Source: Geosiphon pyriformis uo1 (lineage: Eukaryota > Fungi > Glomeromycota). From it: DNA of 64,000 nucleotides. The notes beneath the pieces were generated by a model. That model was not told the origin of the DNA. It saw only the letters and a list, made by a program, of their open reading frames with translations, and searched no databases. Made by a program: the position numbers and the translations under genes. The DNA lies in contig JAAOMT010000762.1 in assembly GCA_016748015.1 (NCBI GenBank), positions 124,001-188,000 of the forward strand, given 5' to 3'. Positions 37,396 through 48,909 of the stretch are shown here, piece after piece. Numbering within the stretch: position 1 is the stretch's first letter; each line of letters starts with the position of its first letter.

Positions 37396-40300
37396 GTACT
37401 AGTTAATATAGCAAAAGAAAAAATTGTTGACAAGAGAGAAATTATCTCCACCCATCAACCAATTTCTATTCCATTATATGACCAGTACATGGTAGTTATA
37501 GAGAGAAAAGTAAAGAATCAGGTTCAGATTTTTAAGACAGAAGCAACCCTTTGTAAATCAAGAGAGATTGGATTAGTCAATCTATACATACTGGTTAAAA
37601 ATCACAGTCACATCAAAATTCTCATTTACAACAACATGAGAAATGTCATCAAAATACTAGAAAAAACAACCATTAGATACTTAACCACTGAAATTGAAAA
37701 CCAACTGCCAAACACCATTTCAAACTTTCCACAACTGTGTAGATATGTAGATATCACATCTCAAACCATATATGGATGAGAAGAATATTATTTGCTCTAA
37801 CCAGAACAATTAGAACAGATAAACTTGGGAAATCTAGACCCACTACAATGTATGTAATTCAAGATATTACTCAACAACTTCAATAATATCTTTGCCAGTG
37901 AAAACAAATTTGGCAGAACTGACATTATTTAGCATCAGATTAAGATGAGAGATGCAATGTCAATTAAACAAAGAGCATACAGAGTACTACCAGCCAGCCA
38001 TGAAATCATTCGTCAAAAAATCAATCAGATGCTTGACAATGGGCTAATTCAGTTATTAATAAGCCCATGATCATCACCAATGGTATTAGTCTATAAGAAG
38101 AATGAAAAAATCTGCTTTTGTGTAGATTACTGGAAACTGAATGAAATAACAAAAGAAGATAGTTATCCAACTCCAAAGATCCAAGAACTTTTTGATGTTT
38201 TTGGAGGAAAAAAATGGTTCTCAACATTAGACTTAGACAGTGGTTATTAACAAGTAGCTATAAATCTGGAAGATAAAAAGAAAACAGCATTCACAACATA
38301 AGAAGGAAATTTCGAATTTAAAGTCATGCCATTTGGCTTGATGAATGCTCTAGCCACTTTCCAGCAGCTTATAAAAATTGTTTATACAGGACTGCTATGG
38401 AAATCAGTAGTTGTATATCTAGACAATACTAATATGTTCTCAAAAACATTTAATGATTATCTGCATTATCTCTAACAAGTATTTGAAAGACTCAGACAAG
38501 CAAGATTAAAATTGAATGCAAATAAGTGTTTCTTTGACAAGATGGAACTCAAGTTTTTGGAACATGTAGTGAGCAAAAACAGTATTAAAACAAATTCAGA
38601 TAAGATTGAGATTGTTAAAAACTTTCCAATACCAAATAATCTCACAGAATTAAGAGTATTCTTGGGATTTACTGGATACTATTGCCACTTTATCAAAGAC
38701 TTTTCTAAAATAGCTTAACTATTACACCAACTCCAAACAAAAAACACCAAATATGAATGAACTAAAACTCAACAAGAAGCTTTTGATACATTAAAAAGAA
38801 AGCTTATTCAAGTTCTAGTACTGATCTATCCAGATTATAGCAAGCCATTCATAATCACAACTAATGCATCTGGTTAAACATTGGGAACAGTACTATCACA
38901 GAAAGGATTAGATGAAAGAGAACATCCAATAGCTTACACTAGTAGAAGCTTAAGTCCAGCTAAAAAGAACTATAGAACTCCAACACTGGAACACTTAGCT
39001 ATCTATTAGGTTGTTATCAAATGAAAAGAATACTTGAGTTAAAAGTTTGATGTGTATACTGATTACAAAGGATTAACTTCAATCTAGAAACAAGAATTTG
39101 GAGACGATTGCCATGCCAAATGAAAGATAAAACTTTTATCATTTAATTATACAGTACATTATAAAAAATGAAAATGAAAATGAAAATGCTAATGGATTGG
39201 TGCAAATGAGACAAATCTAAAAACATTTCAACCCAAAAATATAACAAAAAATAAATATACAAAAATATCAACAACTCCAACATTATATAAATACCAAATT
39301 GTTCAAGAAGAAATTATCTCAAAAAAAACAAAGTAACATAAAACAGCAATCAAAATATTTTATCAACCATCAAAATATACTTTACCAGAAAAACAAAAGA
39401 AATCCAGATCAACCAACCAGAGTAATTACAGAATTAGAGAAAGAGACAATATTATTTAACATGCACTCAGATCCAACAGCAGAATATATTTATAAAGAAG
39501 CAACCATAGAAAGAACCAGAAAAAAATACTATTGGCCATCAATGTATCTAGACATTATTTAATATTTTCAAAGTTGTGATGCTTGTCAAAAAAGAGGTGA
39601 AACAAAACTCAGTGAACCATTAAGACCAATTAAAGTGGGACAACTATTCAATCACATTGGAATTAACTTAGTCAGACCATTAACTATTACCAGCAAAGGC
39701 AACAGATATATTGCAGTAGCCATGGACTATCTCACAAAATAGCCAGAAGCAAAAGCTATTCAAAGAGCAGATACAAAATCCATTGCCAAATTTGGCCATC
39801 AAGATTTAATTTGTCAACATAGATGTCTAAAAGAACTACTATTAGATCAAGAAACTCACTTTGTGAATAAAACATTGGCAGAATTAAGTTAAAGATTTGG
39901 GATAAAAAGACCATTATCATTATCATACTATTCACAAACAAATGGGTTAGTTAAAAAGTTTAACAGAACATTGTGTGAAGCCATTGCCAAAATCAGCCAA
40001 GAAAATCAGGATGAATAAAATTTGATTATATCATCAGTATTATTTGTTTATTGGACAATGAAGCAAGACACTACACAAGCAACACTATTTGAATTGGTAT
40101 ATGGTAGAACAGCAACATTACCAGTTAAGATAGAAGTTAAAACATATTCAATAGAACCAATAACAGAAGAAAATTTTCAAAGAACATTATTGAGAAAAAC
40201 ATATGACTTAATAGAGACACTAGAAAACAAATGACAAAAAGCAGTTGATAACATCTAAAAGTCACAAGAAAAACAAAAAAAAAGACATGATAACCAACTA

Positions 40301-40688
40301 TCAAAGAAACCAGTTGAATTCAAGATTGGAGACAAAGTACTTTTACATTGTATTAAAGCAGAAAAACAATGGAGTGGGAAATTTGACCCCAAATAGGATG
40401 GACCATTTCACATAAAAGAAATTCTTAGAAATAGAGCTTTTAAATTAAGGTAGAACAACAAAATCTTAACCAAAGCAGTACATGGTGATCAACTAAAACA
40501 ATATCACTATATAGTATCATCATCTACCAGTAATATTTCACAATTAGGAGTACAGAGAATACTAATCAAACCAGATGAGATTTCACGAAATCTAAAACCA
40601 ATTATAATCATTAAACCAAACACATAAAATCAAACAACTAAAAGAGTATATAAAAACACAGTATATGTGATAAAAAACAGCAGAAAAA

Positions 40689-41330
40689 TGGAGATTACTA
40701 ATAGCATTCACTCACTAGCACAACAACTTTTTTAACTGATCCAACAACAAGAAATGAAAATTACAATCAACCAACAAACTATCAGATACACAAACACCAG
40801 AAAAGAATTATGAGATAAAATACAGAGAAAAACAGAAAACACTGTGTACAAAATAATCATAAAAGTGAAATTGGCAATAGAAACACAACCAAAAATGACC
40901 CAATATTAAGAGTTGACTATAGAAACTTGAAATTGGTGAATACAGCAATTTCCAAAAAACTTTTGTTAATTTTATTTGGAACAACACTTGAACATTCAAA
41001 GCTTATATACAAATAAAACAAAATGATTATTTGATACAACAGTACTGCAACAACTGGAACAATTTGTGAAGAAAAACAATTTGACCACACAAGCAAAAGC
41101 CATTTATTGGCTACACACTGGATTTCAAGATCAATCAGAAATCTTACTCAATCCAGAAATGAACTCTATTATCATTAACCAAATAGGAAAAATAATCAAT
41201 GTTTAATTTGAAGAATTACAGAACAAGATAGCACAAGTAATTCTTAAAAAAGAAGTTCAAAAAATACTCAAAGATAGAAAATTAGAATTAAGAGATCTCG
41301 ATAGAGCTTAATATTAAAGAAAAAAAAATA
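40689..41330 (+). pseudogene. ORF3 of A2 (about 210 codons)
   Basis: MEITNSIHSLAQQLF...AKAIYWLHTGFQDQSEILLNPEMNSIIINQIGKII..FEELQNKIAQVIL; lies between the integrase end and the PPT. Confidence 0.78.
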
Positions 41331-41331
41331 A

Positions 41332-42213
41332 TGTTACTCATAGAATATAAAAGATATATTAGCATATAAATTAGCCAATCAGAAGTAGCTATAGTAAATA
41401 TGGAATTCCAGGATTCCTTTCAAAGGAATTGCAGAATTTCAGGAATTTTAGGATTCTCATACAAGGAATTGCAGAATTCCAGAATTCCAGGATTCTTTTC
41501 AAAGACATCACAGAATTCCAGAAATTCCAAGAATTCCAGGATTCCTGGTGTAAAAAATTGAGGAATTGAGGAATTTCAATTATGTATATATATCAGTAGT
41601 ATTAGAAAAAGAAAAAACAGACCTCTCAGTTTAAATTTGATTTTAGCAATCTTCCACATTACAAATATCAAAATAAATAATTATTTACTATATCAAATTC
41701 ATTCTTCACTATCAACACTTTATGTTAATAGTAATTAATACTTGACCACACTGGAACAATAGCTCTTGATCATGGCTATTGACAGGATACTAATCTTTAG
41801 CACCTTGGCTTATTTTTTTATTTTTTTTTATTTTTTTATTTTCTTTTTTTGTTATTTCTTTTGTTGTGTATTAATTAATTAAAAGATTAAAGCATTGAGT
41901 TATTGACATTAAGAATTGCCTGGTAAAAAACCCTTGCAAGTGGGTAAAGCACGTAAAAAAATTATGGATTACTTATCAAAAGAGTACTGGCCATCAAGCT
42001 AAAGAAAAAAATTGACAAAATTGCGATTCTGGGAAGCTACAGATAAACAATTATTGAATTTCTGTTTATTATACAAAGAACTCAACCAAAACCTTCAGAT
42101 AACAATATCTTTAGATAACAATACCTTCAAATTATCATCATTGCAAATAGCTTTTGAGCACCAAGTTATGAGTTTGTTATTTGATTGGCAACTCTAAATA
42201 ATCATTTATAACA
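41332..42213 (+). repeat. 3' LTR of A2
   Basis: TGTTAC...ATAACA; direct repeat of 32225-33062. Confidence 0.93.
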
Positions 42214-45200
42214 ACATGACTGTAAATTTATAAGTACCATACTTGGTAATAAAAGCAGTTTTTTTTTTGCTTTCTGGATCCATCTTTACTTGCCAGAATT
42301 CAGCAGTTAAGTTAATAGTTGAGAAGAAAGCAGCACTATTGAATTTATTTAGCATTGCATCAATTTTGAGAAGTGGGTATATGTCTCTTATAGTGATGAC
42401 ATTTAATTGACAGTAATCAACACAAAAGTGTAGGATTTCATCTTTCTTGGATACCACTACAACTGAAAAAGCCCATTTACTTTTGGTTTCTTATATAAAT
42501 CCAAGATCTTTTATCTGGTTTATTTTTTTCTTGATAAATTCATCATTGTGTTGATTAGATTAATAAAGATTCAAATAGATAAGATGAGTTTTTTTTGTGG
42601 TAATAGTGTATTGTATCACATGGGTTCATCCAGGGATATCACTTTCTTTTGAGATAACTGGGCTATTTCTAGCCAACAGATTTTTAATGTCCACTTTTCT
42701 TTCTTTAGAAAAAGGTTCTTTTTGTTCTACAACTAGTGATTGGATTTTAGGTGGTTTATTTTCAAAGAACTTTTGTATTTCTTTTAGTTTTTCTCTGGGT
42801 ATCAAACTAATTGGCTTCCAATCTTTGTAATAGATTAGACAGGAATTGTATTTATTACTAAGAGAATACAAAGATTTATTACACTAGCATCTGGCACAAG
42901 GATCATGCCACCAATAACTATATTTTGCTTTCTTGCCAGGTTTTCTATCAAAAGTTTTTCTGAGGATATCATAGTAGGGCCAGCAGATCAGCTTGTCATT
43001 TACCATAATTTCTTCTTTATCTGCTTTGACATTATCTAATGGCTTGCCATTGCTGGTAAAGATAGTATAAGCAAATTCAGCAGTTTTTTTTGTTTTTTTT
43101 GTTTATTTTCTTCATTATTTTCTTCATTATTTGACTCATCTGATTGCTTTTCTTCTTGGTTTTGTTTGGATATTAGAGAAGTTGTTCAATAACAACACTT
43201 AACCATGATGAGTTTTTCACCACATTTGATGATTAGTTCACAAAGTTCATAATTAAGCAAGACTTTTGCTTTTTTGAGTTATTTATTGCCAACAATTATG
43301 GTGTATTTTTTTGCTTCAGATACTTCCAATGCTAATGTTATTAATTTAAACAGGAACAGCTTTGGTTATGCCCAGACTTTTTTTTTTGTTACCATGTACA
43401 TTGGTCATTAGTCTTGTGGATGATTCATCAATTTTTCTGCCAATTGCTTCTAAAAAGTGTTTAGCAATAATGCTAACAGATGATTTACTGTCCAGAATCA
43501 AATCAATAAAATAACCTGCCACTTGGGCTTTACAAATAAGAGGAGTAATATTGCTGTTGTCAGCAAGTTCAGCTTGGTGTGAGTGCTTGTTGGTCTTTGG
43601 TGTCTTCTTCTTTGGAATCAATAATTTGTAAAAATCTTTTCTAAACTGTAAATGAATTATTAATTGGCCAAAAGTGATATGTGTTAAGGTTTCCATAAAA
43701 TCTTTTACAACAGAATAGGATCCAGATTTTTGTACAATTTCTGGGGGTTCTAACTTTAAAAGATTCTTAAAAACTTTAGCCTTTAATGGCTTATTGTTAT
43801 CAGCAATAGAAGTTAAGGCTTTGTTAGAATCTAGAACAAAATCAACCTTGGTTTTCTTTTTTTTCTTGTTAAGTCAGAAGTGTTAGTTTATCCATATTAT
43901 GATCATTATTAGTTAGGTTAAAGGCATAAAAGGGGTTTTCTTCTGGTTGGTTTGCACTCTTACTCTTTGGAGGTGTGTCTACCAGTTTAAAGATTGATAA
44001 ACAGTAGCTTCAACTAGGAGATTCTCTCCAAAGAAATTGATGTTAGCATAATTGGGTCTTTGATTGAAGATATTGTTGTTGATAGTTCTGTTGTTTTGAT
44101 TATCATTGTTACAATCTCTTGAGAAATGTTCAGTTAATTCACAGTAGTAGCATACAGATAGACTATAATTTTGCTGTCTTTGATAAGAGGGCTGCTGAAG
44201 CTAATTGAAACATGGTTCAAATCTGGGTCTTTGTGATTGTTGATTTTCTCTAACTGCTTGGGCTAAGGATTCCAGTAACTGGACAAGATTGGCTGTAAGT
44301 CTATTTATTAACTGTTCATTTGGGTTTTGAGTTTGAACAGCAAAAAATGCAGCAGCCATTTGTGGAGTAGGAGCAAAAATTGGAAGTGTAAATCTTAGGT
44401 GCATTCTTTGATTGTCTTCTATTTTCTGGGCAAGTTCAATGACCATATCTATTGTGGAATTATTTTTCAATGCCAAGAGAGGTTAAAGAGCATAGAAAAG
44501 ATCAGTTCTCAATTTTTTTGTAAAGGAATGAATCTTTTGCTTTTCTGTCCAGTTTCTTCTAAAATTTACTTACTTGATTAATTTTCTGATTGCTTTGGCA
44601 TACTCAGTTACAACTTTACCAGGACTTTGAGTTCTTCTTTTTAATTCCATATGTTATTTGAATATCAAGATTAAAGTTCTAAATTTCATTTTAAACCAGG
44701 TAGTAAAAGAGTTGTTATTTTCTCCAGCATTTGCCAGTGTCTATTTAATAATTCTTTGCTGAACATTGGCATTGGTTTTTTGTAAGAACCAAGTAGCAGA
44801 AAAGCCTTGGAAATAGCCACCAATAATTTGGAATTTATATTCATTATCATATTGGTTGGCTATGGCAGCTTTTTCAAAGTTATTCAATCATTTGATTAAA
44901 TTTTGTACATTACTTTTGAATAAAGATAGTGGGGTGTTATTTTTTTGCTTTAAAGCAGTTTATATGCACTGAAGGGCGATCAGAATGTTTTGTTGTATAG
45001 GATCATTAGCCATTGGTTCAGAAGTAGCTGTTTTTGTGAAATGTTCTGATTTACTTAAGAAGAAATCAAAAACAAGAGCAGTTTAATAGCTTTCTTTTTC
45101 TGTTTTAAAGAAGGTTTCAGATAGCTGATAAGCAGCAATCCAGATGTGAATTTGGTAATTCAAGTATTCAGAATCAGAGGGCTGTTGTTCAAAAGTTGTG

Positions 45201-45510
45201 GAGTATAAAAGTTGATTGATGCTGTTGTTTTTTTCTTCAAAGTTGTTTTCAAAATAAGCTTGGTCAAAGTAATAGGTTGTATAAGCTGTGTAGGTTTCAG
45301 CCAAATGCTTATTCAGAAACCAGTTCCAAAAGTCTTGGAATTGTCTACTGGATTGTTTTTCAATGAAGAAGCAAATTAAGCAGAAGGGCAAAAAATTGAG
45401 TTTAATAAAGTCTAAATTATTTTTGTTGTGTGCTTCAAAGTGTTTTTCTGATTGTTGTGACAGGTATGAATAATTACCCATATAATAAGAAACAAAGTAA
45501 ATTTTGACAA

Positions 45511-45527
45511 TCTTATAGGGAGCACCA
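45511..45527 (-). promoter_or_regulatory. Primer-binding site of B2 (TGGTGCTCCCTATAAGA)
   Basis: Located 6 nt inside the LTR end; decayed equivalent next to the B1 LTR at about 47277-47293. Confidence 0.78.
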
Positions 45528-45533
45528 CTTTTA

Positions 45534-46261
45534 TGTTATGAATTGGAATAACAAGCTAATGAATAGCAAAAAAAAACATGATTGTAGGGTGATAAAAGGA
45601 ATCAAAGAGAATTTAACTTTAAAGAGTGAATTGAATGAGTATAGATTCAATGTGCAAGATCAGTCTCATAAAATATTTCAGTTGCTATACTTTTCAAAAG
45701 ATAACCAGAGAATTTGAAGGTAGAAGAATAATTTGTACTGTTAACAAATAATCACACATTGGTATAATTCTATGCCTTATATTAGCACTCTTAGAATTCA
45801 ATATTAAGTATCAAATGTACTCTTCAGTCATGTTTTATTTAATAATCTTCAAATGCTGCAATTATATGTTTCAGAAAAAGGGTAAAGAATAACCAACAAG
45901 TAATTTTTTATCCCAAGATATTTAAATACTTGAAGATAAGGAAAGAGAAATTAGCAATAAGAGAATGATTGTGATAAAAGTTGTTATTTTATTTCTTTTA
46001 TTTCTTTTAATTCTTATATACTTTTCTACAGCTAAGAGATTTATCACTTATATAGCTATCAAAAGTGGTCAATAATCAGGTCAACAACTAGGTCAATAAT
46101 TAGGTCAATAATCAGGTCATTGATTAGGTCAATAATCAGGTCAATAATCAGGTCATTGATCAGATCAATAATCACTATCTAAAAATAGAGTGGCTAATTA
46201 TATAACATTAATGACTAATACATGTAATAATTAATAAGAAGTATAGATTTCAATCATAACA
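45534..46261 (-). repeat. 5' LTR of B2, with a 12-bp AATAATCAGGTC array at about 46065-46175
   Basis: TGTTATG...CATAACA inverted termini; aligns with 9079 and 47300. Confidence 0.93.
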
Positions 46262-47967
46262 ATATGAAAGATCAGTTCTTAATTTTTTTGTAAAGAAATA
46301 AATCTTTTGCTCTTCTGTTTAATTTTTTTCAAAGTCTATTTATTTGATTAGTTTTTTAATTGGTTTGACATATTTGATTACAACTTTACCAGAATCTTGA
46401 GTTTTTTTTTAATTCCATATGCTATTTTGAAATTAAAATAAAAGTTCTGAGTTTGTTTTCAAATAAAGTGATAAAAAAAGTATTTTTTTCTTCAACATTT
46501 GTTAATGTTTATTTAATTATTATTTTTAAGCACCAGTATCAGTTTTTTGTAAAAACCAAGTAGCAAAAAAGTCTTGAAGATAATCACCAACAATTTGCAA
46601 CTTGTATTTTGTATTATACTAATTTGTAGTGGCTGCTCTTTTAAAATTATTCAACTATTTAATTGAGTTTTAAGCATTACCTCTAAATAGTAGTAATGAG
46701 ATGTTGTTTTTTTACTTCAAAGCAGTTTATATATCTTAGAAGACAGCTAAAATGTTTGCTTATATAAGATTAACAGCCATTGATTCAGAAGTAATAGTTT
46801 GTGTGGAATGATTTGAATCACTTAAGAAGAGATCAAAAACAAGAGTAGTTTAGTAGCTTTCTTTTTTTGTTTCAAGAAAAGTTTCAGCTAATTAATGGGC
46901 AGCAATTCAGATGTGGATTTGATGATTCAGATATTCGAAATTAGAGAGCTGTTATTTAAAGATTGTTGAATATAAAAACTAATTAATGTTATTGTTTTTT
47001 TTTCAAAATTGTCTTTAAAGTAAGCTTGGTCAAAAAAGTAAGTTGTGTAGACTGTGTAAATTTTAACTAAGTGCTTGTTCAGGAACCAGTTCTAAAAATC
47101 TTGGAATTGTCTACTGGATTGTTTTTCAACAAGAAAACAAATCAAGTAGGAAGACAAAAAATTAAGTTCAATAAAGTTTAGGTTATTTTTGTTGTGTGCT
47201 TTAAAGTATTTTTCTAATTGTTGTAACAAATATAAATAATCATCTATACAATAGAAAACAATGTGAATTTTGACAATCTCACAGAAAATATTACTTTTAT
47301 GTTATGGATTGAAGTAATAAGCTAATGGATAGCAAAAGAAAACAGAATTGTAGAGTAAGAGAATTAATCAAAAAAAGTTCAATTTCAAAAAGTAAGTTGA
47401 ATGAGTATGAATTCAATATGCAAGATTAGTTTTATAAAATATTTCAGTCAATATTTTTTTTAAAAGATAACTGGAAAATCTGAAAATAGAGAGATAGTTT
47501 ATATTGTTAACAAAATAATAACACATTAGTATAATTCTATGCTTTATGTTGGCACTCTTAGAATTCAATATTAAGTATTGGATGTATTCTTTAGTTATGT
47601 TTTATTTAATAATTATCAAATACTACAATTATATAAGTTAGAAAAAGGGTAGATAAATGCCAACAAATAATTTTATTCTAAGATATTCAGATACTTAAAG
47701 ATAAAAAAAAGAAATTAGCAAAAAGAGAAAAATTAAGATAAAGTTGTTATTTTATTTTTTTGTTTTTGTTGATTTGTACATACTTTTTTATAGCTAAGAG
47801 ATTTATTGTTTATATAACTATTGAAAGTAGTCAATAATTAGGTTAATAATTAAGTCAGATATTGATCAGATTAATGATTACTATCTAAAAATAAGATGAC
47901 TAATTAAATGATATTAATGACTAATATATATAATAATTAATAAAATATATGAGTTTCAATTATAACA
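46262..47967 (-). mobile_element. Gypsy B1: 5' part of gag plus 5' LTR (47300-47967)
   Basis: Colinear with 44495-46261; more decayed than B2. Confidence 0.9.
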
Positions 47968-48909
47968 CTATATTAATTAGCAAATTAAAAAAAAATTTGT
48001 TTAAATTTGCAAAAATTTAAATTTTAAAAATATTATTATTATTTGAATAAAAAATCCAACCAATTACAAAAAAACATAATTAATATATAATAATATATAA
48101 TAATACAAAAATAATATTAAAAAATATTAAATAGTTAATAATAATATAAAATAATATTAAATAAAACTTTAATATTTTTGTTTTTTATAAAAAAATTTTT
48201 ATAAGTAAACTACTTAAAAAAACCATTAAAAACTTTTAAATCTAACAAAAACTTTTAAATTATCACAAACTTTTTAAAGATTAATAATATATAATTAAAT
48301 ATTAAAAATTACTCAAATAAATTACTTACAACAACAAATAAAATTATTATTTCAATATTAATTGTTTTATTAAAATAATTAAAAATTATATTGTAAATAT
48401 TTATAAAGAAGTAATATTATATATTATTGATTATTCATTAAATATAAAACATGGTTTTTTTTTAATATTAAAACTACTATATATATATATATAATTATAG
48501 TTCTATAAGATATTAAGATATTAAACAAGAATTGTACTGTTTAAAAGTTTAGTTTTTTGCTGAAATATAATATTGTTTTAATTGGCTTAAATAATTAATT
48601 ACATGTAAAAAACGCATAGTTTGCATTTATTATGTTATATATATATAATAGCAATTGAATTACATTAATAAGCAATTTAAACCGATTTTTTAAATTAATT
48701 TTATAGTTTCTAATTAATCATTAATTTATATTTTGTAAATTTTACCAACTTAAATACACACTTTGATTCTGAAATTGCAAAACAGAATTATTCATTTTGG
48801 ATGAATGATATTAGATTTCACAATAAACTAAGGTCGCATAATGCTATTAGCCTAACCAAGTCTTTTAATTCTTTCATATGGCAACTTTAAAGGTATTTAC
48901 TTCCGCTAA

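Larger units (their letters stand above)
32225..42213 (+). mobile_element. Full-length degenerate Gypsy family A copy A2 (about 10 kb)
   Basis: LTRs 32225-33062 and 41332-42213; PBS about 33065-33081; PPT about 41315-41331; flanks GCAT/ACAT; gag capsid (PIAKLEKFSGKEDNAQ), knuckle CHHCGKQDHIQANC (about 34778), protease LILDSRSASSII, dUTPase, RT YLDN, integrase with GPF motif. Confidence 0.93.
9079..46261 (-). mobile_element. Gypsy family B copy B2, about 7.6 kb once inserts are removed; gag-protease-RT-RNase H-integrase-ORF3, no dUTPase
   Basis: LTRs 9079-~9765 and 45534-46261; 4-bp TSD ATAT (9075-9078, 46262-46265); PBS 45511-45527; protease LILDSKSSVSII (43346-43696); RT in pieces at 42214-42620, 31854-32224 and 19296-19370; RNase H FILYTDASGYELGAVL (12169-12389); integrase HHCC and core (10580-11663). 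Confidence 0.92.

Noticed and set aside
40689-41330. Calling ORF3 an env gene
   Set aside because: Position fits, but no signal peptide, transmembrane helix or fusion-protein motifs are visible.
46065-46175. AGGTCA repeats resembling nuclear-receptor elements
   Set aside because: Fungi lack nuclear receptors; treated only as a U3 tandem array.
44495-47967. Apparent tandem duplication of gag plus LTR
   Set aside because: Explained by B2 inserting into B1 gag, with TSD ATAT and B1 resuming at 9078.
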